Part shown: piece after piece, positions 57,728-64,000 of the stretch
Layout: each line of letters begins with the position of its first letter
Numbering within the stretch: the first letter of the stretch is position 1
From: Candidatus Rokuibacteriota bacterium
GTDB lineage: Bacteria; Methylomirabilota; Methylomirabilia; Rokubacteriales; CSP1-6
Direction of reading: 5' to 3'
Assembly (NCBI GenBank): GCA_003221455.1
Contig: QHRX01000007.1
Coordinates: 18,580 to 82,579 of the forward strand
DNA: 64,000 nt
Program-made: the position numbers and the translations under genes
Notes under the pieces: model-generated
Database searches by the model: none
Seen by the model: the letters and a program-made list of their open reading frames with translations, nothing else
Told to the model about the DNA's origin: nothing

Positions 57728-58605
57728 GTCCCGCTCGCGAGGTCTTCGAGCAGCGTGATGACCGCGGAGTGGTCGAGCCCCCCCCGGCCGCGCGCCCGGA
57801 GCGCGGCGAAGAGCTCTTGCACTAGCGCCGTCGTCGGCAGCGGGACCCCCAACGCACGACCCGACTCCATGATCAGGCCGAGGTCCTTGAAGTGGAGGTC
57901 GACCCGGAAGCCGGGGTTGTAGGTGTTCGAGAGGTAGTTGGGCGTTTTCTGCTCGAGGCAGCGCGAGCCCGCGAGGCCGCCGCCGAGCGCCTTGAGCGTC
58001 AGCTCGCGGTTGAGCCCGGCCTTCCTGGCCAGGGTGAGCGCCTCGCCGAGCGCCGTGAGGTTCACGGCCACGATGATCTGGTTAGCGAGCTTCGTGAAGC
58101 CACCGGCGCCCAAGGGGCCGAGATGCGTGATCGTCTTGCCCATGGCCTGGAAGATCGGCAGGACGAGGTCGAACGTCGGCTTGTCGCCGCCGACCATGAT
58201 CGACAGGGTGCCCTCGACCGCGCCCCGCTCGCCGCCGGAGACGGGGGCATCCAGCATCTTGACGCCCCGAGCCGCCAAGGCCTTATCTATTTTCTGAGAG
58301 ACAATTGGTGAAATCGTTGACATATCGACATAAATGAGACCAGAGTGAGCCCCCTCGAGGATCCCCTGCGGGCCGAGCGCGACCAGCTCGACGTCGGGAG
58401 AGTTCGGCAGCATGGTGATCAGGAGGTCGACCTGCTCGGTCACCGCCTTGGGAGAGGGAGCCGAGCGGGCGCCCGCGGCGGTCAGATCGTCGACAGGCCC
58501 CTTGCTGCGACTGTGGACAACCAGGGGATAACCCCCCTTGAGCAGATTCTTGGCCATCGGCCGGCCCATGATCCCCAGTCCAATGAACCCAAGGGTTTGC
58601 GCCAT
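57724..58605 (-). CDS. NAD(P)-dependent 3-hydroxyacid dehydrogenase (tartronate semialdehyde/2-hydroxy-3-oxopropionate reductase, GarR/MmsB family)
   Basis: The N-terminal Rossmann motif is LGFIGLGIMGRPMAKNL. The substrate-binding pattern is ...DAPVSGGERGA.... Length is 293 aa. Confidence 0.8.
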   Translation of the reverse strand: MAQTLGFIGLGIMGRPMAKNLLKGGYPLVVHSRSKGPVDDLTAAGARSAPSPKAVTEQVDLLITMLPNSPDVELVALGPQGILEGAHSGLIYVDMSTISPIVSQKIDKALAARGVKMLDAPVSGGERGAVEGTLSIMVGGDKPTFDLVLPIFQAMGKTITHLGPLGAGGFTKLANQIIVAVNLTALGEALTLARKAGLNRELTLKALGGGLAGSRCLEQKTPNYLSNTYNPGFRVDLHFKDLGLIMESGRALGVPLPTTALVQELFAALRARGRGGLDHSAVITLLEDLASGT

Positions 58606-58850
58606 GAGCCCTCCAGAGGCGGTGTGGGAAAGGCACGGACCGGGAACATGACAACGCGCACTTGTATCACACCGCGAGCAAAGCGGTCAAGAACGATGGC
58701 CCCGACGGCCGTTGACAGCCTCCCGGCCGCGGCATAGAGTGGCGCCACCCTGTTCCACGTCCACCCCGTCTCGGAGCGAGGCATGCCTTCAGATCGGGCC
58801 CCTGGAGTGCTCCCACAGGTTGTGAGCCCCGATACGCCCGGAGGTGCCCC

Positions 58851-60101
58851 ATGAAATTCATGCTCTTCGTTCTCCCCACGGTGCCCGGCACCCTCGAGGA
58901 TCGGAAGAGATTCCGGCCGATCGGTCGGAACAACGAGCGCTACCAGCAGATGCTGGACGAGTTGCGGAAGCTCGCGGTCCTCGCCGACGACGCCGGCTTC
59001 GATGTCTTCGCGACGACCGAGCACCACTTCCACTCGGAAGGATACGAGGCCTCGGTCGCCCCGTTGCTCCTGTACGCGGACCTCGCCGCCCGGACCAAGC
59101 GCATCAAGTTTGCGCCGCTCGGACTGGTCCTCCCCGCCTGGGACCCGATCCGGGCCGCCGAGGAGCTCGCCGTGTTCGACCATCTGACCCGGGGACGGCT
59201 CTACGCCGGCTTCGCCCGCGGCTACCAGGATCGGTGGGTCAACGTCCTCGGCCAGCAGTACCACGTCACGGGGGCGCCGATGGACGGCTCCGCGATCGAT
59301 CAGCACAACCGGCGGGTGTACGAGGAGGCGGTCCAGGTGATCAAGAAGGCCTGGACCGAGGAGACCTTCGAGTTCAACGGTCAATACTACAAGGTCCCCT
59401 TCCCCTACGCGGAGGGCATCCGGCGCTGGCCGGTCGCCGAGTGGACCCGACAGTACGGTGCGCCGGGCGAGATCGACGACCAGGGGGTACTCCGCAAGAT
59501 CTGCGTCATCCCCCGGCCCTATCAGGAACCCCACCCACCGATGTTCCAGCCCTTCTCCGTGAGCGAGACGACGATCCGCTACACGGCCCAGTCCGGAATC
59601 GTCCCCTGGATCCTCGTCGCCTACCCGCCCGAGTTCCGTCGCCTCTGCCGGGTCTACCAGGAAGTGGGGGAAGCGGCCGGGCGACGGCTCCGCCCGGGCG
59701 AGAGCGTCGGGGCCTTCCGCGCGGTCCACTTCGGGCGGACCGAGGCCGAGGCGGTCGCTCTCCTCCGTGACACGAATTACGCCGGCTTCAACTCCTACTT
59801 CGGCGGCTTCGGCTTCTGGGAGGCCTTCCGGACACCCGAGGACGCCACCCGCTACCCGCTCGAGCCCTATACGGCGCTGCCGCCGGCGGAGTGGACCGTC
59901 GAGCGGATGCGCGCCGTGAAGTACGCGTTGGCGGGGACACCGGAGCAGGTGCGCGCCGAGGTCGACGACCTCCAGTCCCTCGGCGGCGGGGGCACGCTCG
60001 AGTGGTTCGGCTGGTTCTTCGATCAGGGCTTCATGCCGTGGGAGGAGGAAGTGCGCCAGATCGAACTCTTCGCCAAGCACATCATCCCCCGGTTCCGCTG
60101 A
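58851..60101 (+). CDS. luciferase-like (LLM class) flavin/F420-dependent oxidoreductase
   Basis: 416 aa with a TIM-barrel LLM pattern: ...FDVFATTEHHFHSEGYEASVAPLLL... and ...FAPLGLVLPAWDPIRAAEELAVFDHLTRGRL.... Confidence 0.7.
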   Translation: MKFMLFVLPTVPGTLEDRKRFRPIGRNNERYQQMLDELRKLAVLADDAGFDVFATTEHHFHSEGYEASVAPLLLYADLAARTKRIKFAPLGLVLPAWDPIRAAEELAVFDHLTRGRLYAGFARGYQDRWVNVLGQQYHVTGAPMDGSAIDQHNRRVYEEAVQVIKKAWTEETFEFNGQYYKVPFPYAEGIRRWPVAEWTRQYGAPGEIDDQGVLRKICVIPRPYQEPHPPMFQPFSVSETTIRYTAQSGIVPWILVAYPPEFRRLCRVYQEVGEAAGRRLRPGESVGAFRAVHFGRTEAEAVALLRDTNYAGFNSYFGGFGFWEAFRTPEDATRYPLEPYTALPPAEWTVERMRAVKYALAGTPEQVRAEVDDLQSLGGGGTLEWFGWFFDQGFMPWEEEVRQIELFAKHIIPRFR

Positions 60102-60536
60102 GGCCGAGGCCGGCGAGGCCCCGCCGCCGGGCAGACCCGCCAGGCACGCACGTGGGGACCGTGCCGGGGAGCCCGCCTCACCCGGCGGCGTCGTCGGAGG
60201 GTGCCCCCTCGGCGAGCCACCGGCCGAGGGCCGGCGAGGCCCGAGCCAGGCGCCACTCCTCGAAGATGCCGAGCGCGATCGCTCTCACGCCGCCACCGCC
60301 GCGGCCGGCCTCGAGGCACTGCTCGAGCAGCCAGGCCTCGAAGTCCTCCGGCGCCGGGTCTTCCCGGACCGCGAGTTCCAGCAGGCCGCGCTTGAGTTCG
60401 GTGCCGATCGCGTCGGGCGTGGTATCCCGCTTCCGGCGCTTCTGTCGCCCCTCCGAGGCGGCGACCGCGGCGAGGAGCCGACGGCAGAACTCCGCCGGGC
60501 GCGCCCCCGCCCCCGAGCCGGACCGGTCGCGACCGC

Positions 60537-61445
60537 TCACGGCCGCGGGCGCACGACGCGATGCCAGCGCGGCGCCCTGGCGAGCCGCGTCCGGCCGTCG
60601 ACGAGCCGCGCATGGACGATGTAGCCGGGCCGATCCGGCCGCGCGTAGCCACGCTCGAGCGCGGCCACGTCGAGGTCGACCGTGCCCAGGTCCTCGAGCG
60701 CTACCGTGTCGGCCGGCGACGGCGCGAGCGTGGTCACCGTCTTGAGATAGCCGCGGCACGCCGCGCAGGTATCGACCTTCCGCGTCTCGCCGTGCGAGTC
60801 CGACACGAGGGAGCCCAGACGCGCGTGATCGGTCTCGCCGCAGTACACGCAGGAGCGCCATTCCGCCCGCCAGTCACCGCCACAGCGCGCGCAGCGGAGC
60901 CGCCGGCTCGGCGACAGGCCGCGCACCTCGGTCAGGGCCGGCCACGCCCCGCACAGCGGGCAGTAGCCGTAGGACCACGCCTCGGGCAACTGGTCGGCGA
61001 GCCGGCGAGCGCACGCCTGGAGGAGAGGCATCGCCGCGAGCCCGCCGAGGGCCGCCAGAGCCTTCGGGTCGGCGCCGGCGCCCGCGGCCAGGCGGGTAAG
61101 GGCGTCCGTGTCTTGGCCGACGACCACCTGGAGGAACTCGTGGGGATCAAGGGCGGAGGCCGCAGGGCCGAGCGACCCGGCGGCCCGCCCGCCCTCGCGA
61201 GCGGCCGCCTCCAGCAGACGCCGCACCCACCGCCGCCCGAGGGAGCGGTCGACGGCGATTTCGGCTCCGGCCAGGATGGGGGCGGTCTCGGGTCGCGCCG
61301 GGTCGAGCTGCGGCGCGATCGTGTCCCACGCAGAGTCGTTCACCGCGGCGATCGTCGCCTCGAGCAACCGGAGCCAGGACCGCCACTCAGGGGTGCCGCG
61401 ACCGAGGCGCTCGAGGCGCTGGCGGGCGTGCTCCGGAACTCTCAC
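60537..61445 (-). CDS. fdhE: formate dehydrogenase accessory protein FdhE
   Basis: Four CxxC pairs are present (YCPLCGAWPALTE..., LRCARCGGDW, CVYCGETDHARL, CAACRGYLK), diagnostic of FdhE. It lies downstream of the fdnGH-like genes. Confidence 0.75.
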   Translation of the reverse strand: MRVPEHARQRLERLGRGTPEWRSWLRLLEATIAAVNDSAWDTIAPQLDPARPETAPILAGAEIAVDRSLGRRWVRRLLEAAAREGGRAAGSLGPAASALDPHEFLQVVVGQDTDALTRLAAGAGADPKALAALGGLAAMPLLQACARRLADQLPEAWSYGYCPLCGAWPALTEVRGLSPSRRLRCARCGGDWRAEWRSCVYCGETDHARLGSLVSDSHGETRKVDTCAACRGYLKTVTTLAPSPADTVALEDLGTVDLDVAALERGYARPDRPGYIVHARLVDGRTRLARAPRWHRVVRPRP

Positions 61446-61656
61446 CGGTGGCCGCGGGCGGGAGGCTAGCGGCCCGCGCCGCGGAGCGGTGTTCCGTAGA
61501 AGGGCCGCGAGCCTTCGTGCAGCTGGACGACGGCGTCGCGGTTTCCGATGTCGGCGCCGGGCCCGCCGCCGCGCGTCCGCGTCGCTTCGGGGCTCCGGCA
61601 GGCCAAGGCCCCGGTGAGGACGAGGGGCAGGAGCAGGAGCCGCGCGGACCTGATGG

Positions 61657-62541
61657 CTAGACCGCCTCCGCGGCCAGCACGATCACGACGCGGAGCATGA
61701 AGCCGCCGACGACCACGAGGACCGCCGCCGCGGGCGCGGTCAGGCTGCCGAGCAGGTCCGGCCGCCAGTGGAGCGCCAGCGGCGCCACCAGGCCGGCGAG
61801 AACCACGCCGAGAAGGAGAACGCCCCAGGCGCTCACCCATACCCGCGCCACCGGGCCGAGCGACAGGACGAAGGCGATGAGCGCCAGGAGCTCGAGCACG
61901 ATGAGCCACCGGTCCATACGGGCGAGTCGGGCCATCGAGGATGAGCCGACGCCCTGCCAGCGGCCCAGCAGGATCAGCGCGGCCGCCGCGATCGAGTTGG
62001 CCGACACGAGAAAGAGGAAGCCCAGCAGGGGCGTGTCGGACCAGACCGGCCGGTTGGTGACGGCGAGCAGGACGCCCGTGTACCCGGCGAGGAAGAAGGC
62101 GCCGAGCCCGCCGAGCCCGGCGATCAGCCGCGCCAGGGGCCCGTGCCGCAGCACGGAGAGCGCAGCCGGTGCCCGGCCCGACTCGGCGAGCGCGCCCAGG
62201 AACGACAGGAACGCCAGGCCGCCGAAGGCCAGCAGCCCCCACGACCCCACCGACATCGGCGACCAGTATTTCAGGATCGGCCACCCGCGCTCGGACATGA
62301 CGAGCATGTGCCAGAAGCGCTCGGGCCGGGTCAGGTCCCCGATCAGCAGCAGGCCGCCGATGCCGACGGCCGGCAGCGCCACGTAGTAGCCGAGCCGGGC
62401 CAGCCCGCGGTCCGAGGCGTCGCCGAAGAAGTCGGCGAGCACCGCGATCAGATAGCTTCCCCCGGCGAGGCCGCCGAAGAAGAAGTAGAGGATCACGAGC
62501 CACTGCCAGTGCGGCGGCGCCGTGAAGAAGGTGTCAGACAT
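61657..62541 (-). CDS. NrfD/PsrC-family integral membrane quinone-interacting subunit
   Basis: 294 aa with 8 TM helices. ...HWQWLVILYFFFGGLAGGSYLIA... is the NrfD/PsrC N-terminal signature. It overlaps the upstream ferredoxin gene by 8 nt. Confidence 0.75.
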   Translation of the reverse strand: MSDTFFTAPPHWQWLVILYFFFGGLAGGSYLIAVLADFFGDASDRGLARLGYYVALPAVGIGGLLLIGDLTRPERFWHMLVMSERGWPILKYWSPMSVGSWGLLAFGGLAFLSFLGALAESGRAPAALSVLRHGPLARLIAGLGGLGAFFLAGYTGVLLAVTNRPVWSDTPLLGFLFLVSANSIAAAALILLGRWQGVGSSSMARLARMDRWLIVLELLALIAFVLSLGPVARVWVSAWGVLLLGVVLAGLVAPLALHWRPDLLGSLTAPAAAVLVVVGGFMLRVVIVLAAEAV

Positions 62542-63349
62542 TCCGTCTGCCTTCGCCGCGCGTTGCCCCGTTCTCTTCCATCCGGCGCTGGCGGAAGCTC
62601 ACGAGCCCCACGAGCCCGACCAGCAGCGCGCCGAGGCCGGACCAGAGCGAGCCCGGCACGAGGTTCCGGGAGGGCAGCTTGGGGGCGGCCGGGAGCCCGT
62701 ACACCTCCGGCCGGTCCTCGAGCAGGTAGAACGAGTTGAGCCCGCCGAGGATCGTCTCGTCGTCGCCGTAGAGGTAGGCCCGGGTCCGCCCCTGCCCCTG
62801 GAGCCTCTCGACCCGCGCCCGCGCCGTCCGCCGTAGGCTCGCGATCGGCCCGAACTTGATCGACTCGGTCGGGCAGGCCTTGGCGCAGGCCGGGGTGAGC
62901 CCGACCTGCATCCGGTCGTAGCAGAGCGTGCACTTCTGGGCCGTCCCCGAGACCGGGTTGGTGCCGATCACGCCGAACGGGCAGGCGGCGATGCAGTCGC
63001 GGCAGCCGTTGCAGACGTTCGACTGGATGACCACGGTGTCGAACTCGGTCCGGATGATGGCGCCGGTCGGGCAGACCTCCAGGCACCCCGCCTGGACGCA
63101 GTGTTTGCAGACGTCGCTCATCATGAGCCAGCGGCCGCCCTCGCGGTCCGCGGCGAACTGCTCGACGAACTTGACGTGCCGCCAGTGGATGCCGTCGAGC
63201 TGGCGGGTGTTGTCGTAGCTGTGACCGCTGAGCGTGTTGGCGCCGCCGTCGGTCGACGGGAGCTGGTTCCACTCCTTGCACGCGACCTCGCACGCCTTGC
63301 AGCCGATGCAGACCGTCGTATCGGTGAAGAACCCCATCGGCTCTGGCAT
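62534..63349 (-). CDS. four-cluster 4Fe-4S ferredoxin subunit with C-terminal membrane anchor (FdnH/FdoH-like)
   Basis: CIGCKACEVAC, CKHCVQAGCLEVC, CNGCRDCIAAC and CTLCYDRMQVGLTPACAKAC are present, plus a C-terminal TM helix (LWSGLGALLVGLVGLV). Confidence 0.85.
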   Translation of the reverse strand: MPEPMGFFTDTTVCIGCKACEVACKEWNQLPSTDGGANTLSGHSYDNTRQLDGIHWRHVKFVEQFAADREGGRWLMMSDVCKHCVQAGCLEVCPTGAIIRTEFDTVVIQSNVCNGCRDCIAACPFGVIGTNPVSGTAQKCTLCYDRMQVGLTPACAKACPTESIKFGPIASLRRTARARVERLQGQGRTRAYLYGDDETILGGLNSFYLLEDRPEVYGLPAAPKLPSRNLVPGSLWSGLGALLVGLVGLVSFRQRRMEENGATRGEGRRNV

Positions 63350-64000
63350 CAGGCCTTCTCCACGCTGCAGACGAAGGCCTTACTCTCGTGGATCGACACG
63401 TTGGGGTCGGCGACGAGGGCCGAGAGATCGTTCACCACGTCCCCCGTGACCACCCCCTGGTAGCCCCAGTGCCACGGCATCCCGACCTGGTGGATCGTCT
63501 TGCCGTTGACCGTGAGCGGACGCATCCGCCCCGTGACCAGCGCCTTGGCGCGCGCCGAGCCGCGGGGCGTGCGGATGGTGACCCAGTCGAGGTTCCGGAT
63601 CCCGTGCTCCGCGGCCAGCTCGGGCGAGAGCTCGACGAAGAGTTCCGGCTGGAGCTCGGCGAGCCACGGGAGCCACCGGCTCATGACGCCCGTGAGGTGA
63701 TGCTCGGTCAGCCGATAGGTCGTGAGGACGTGCGGGAAGCGGGCGTCCCCTACGGCCGCGAGCTCGTTGTCCCCGCGCTTCCAGTACTTCAGCACCGGGC
63801 TCGCCTGCTGCTTGTAGAGGGGGTTCGCCACCGGCGACTCGGCGGGCTCGTAGTGGGTCGGGAGCGGCCCGTCGAGGAGCCCGGCGGGGCTGAAGAGCCA
63901 CCCCTTGCCGTCGGGCCGCATGATGAACGGGTCCGCCCCGGAGTGCGCGTCGAGGCCGATCCCGCCGGGCTTGCCGGGCGTGCCGGGCGCCTTCCCGGTC
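63349..64000 (-). CDS. formate dehydrogenase-N-type molybdopterin catalytic subunit, C-terminal part only (gene runs off window end)
   Basis: The molybdopterin-dinucleotide-binding C-terminal domain reads ...ELFVELSPELAAEHGIRNLDWVTIRTPRGSARAKALVTGRMRPL...WHWG.... The reading frame continues to position 64000 without a start. Confidence 0.7.
   Translation of the reverse strand, partial: TGKAPGTPGKPGGIGLDAHSGADPFIMRPDGKGWLFSPAGLLDGPLPTHYEPAESPVANPLYKQQASPVLKYWKRGDNELAAVGDARFPHVLTTYRLTEHHLTGVMSRWLPWLAELQPELFVELSPELAAEHGIRNLDWVTIRTPRGSARAKALVTGRMRPLTVNGKTIHQVGMPWHWGYQGVVTGDVVNDLSALVADPNVSIHESKAFVCSVEKA

Noticed and set aside
58270-58330. Sharply AT-rich 60-nt stretch inside the GarR-like gene (looks like an island or insertion)
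   Set aside because: It stays in frame and encodes the conserved ...ISPIVSQKIDKALAARG... segment of the dehydrogenase. This is codon-composition noise and not foreign DNA.
60178-60861. 227-aa ORF overlapping the 3' third of fdhE in another frame
   Set aside because: It overlaps a well-supported FdhE reading frame by more than 300 nt and is Arg/Ala-rich. At most, a short C-terminal piece (after 60537) could be a small real ORF, and this is unsupported.
1-64000. Search for tRNA/rRNA genes, CRISPR repeats, transposases/integrases, and phage or IS terminal repeats
   Set aside because: I found no T-loop-like GGTTCGAATCC motifs, no regularly spaced direct repeats, and no transposase, integrase or recombinase-like ORFs. 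The only long duplicate is the diverged hpnN pair.

Overview
This window is a high-GC (about 70%) bacterial chromosome segment, almost fully coding. It comes from a diderm organism, judging by an Mla-type lipid transport system and a beta-barrel outer membrane protein. Many adjacent genes overlap by 4 nt (ATGA/GTGA). I found no rRNA, tRNA, CRISPR arrays or mobile elements. My own reading of coordinates may be off by 1-2 nt in places; coordinates follow the supplied ORF track where possible.

- **1-6.4 kb:** a reverse-strand TCA operon, acnA-icd-mdh-fumarase alpha/beta (split class I fumarase).
- **6.9-12.5 kb:** an EF-G paralog, LysM/TPR and LysM/deacetylase envelope proteins, and a HAMP-domain adenylate cyclase.
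- **12.7-44.3 kb:** a very extended hopanoid locus.
  - Reverse-strand operon: hpnH - small ORF - hpnG - hpnA - hpnD-like - two Zn-dependent alcohol dehydrogenases - ispH.
  - Diverging forward operon: shc - mlaE/F/D-like - mlaC/HpnM-like.
  - Also hpnJ, hpnI, two paralogous HpnN-type RND exporters, an HpnL-like flippase-family protein and an HpnO-like class III aminotransferase.
  - Embedded in the locus is an inositol-phosphate module: ino1 (MIPS), an HpnN-HAD phosphatase fusion, an NTP-transferase, an ATP-grasp protein, a Gfo/Idh/MocA oxidoreductase, and a bifunctional IPCT/DIPPS-like CDP-alcohol phosphatidyltransferase. I consider this the most likely undescribed system in the window.
- **44.6-64 kb:**
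  - An orphan MreB paralog plus Usp.
  - A cytoplasmic molybdopterin oxidoreductase and a BT1-family transporter.
  - Malate synthase A.
  - A DUF393/DCC-family thiol-disulfide oxidoreductase whose first CxxC cysteine codon is an in-frame TGA followed by a SECIS-like hairpin, making it a candidate selenoprotein.
  - SDR, VOC/epimerase, NUDIX, NagB/Pgl, AKR, GNAT, GarR-like and LLM oxidoreductase genes.
  - A formate-dehydrogenase-N-like operon (fdnG C-terminus, fdnH-like, NrfD-like, fdhE) that runs off the window end.
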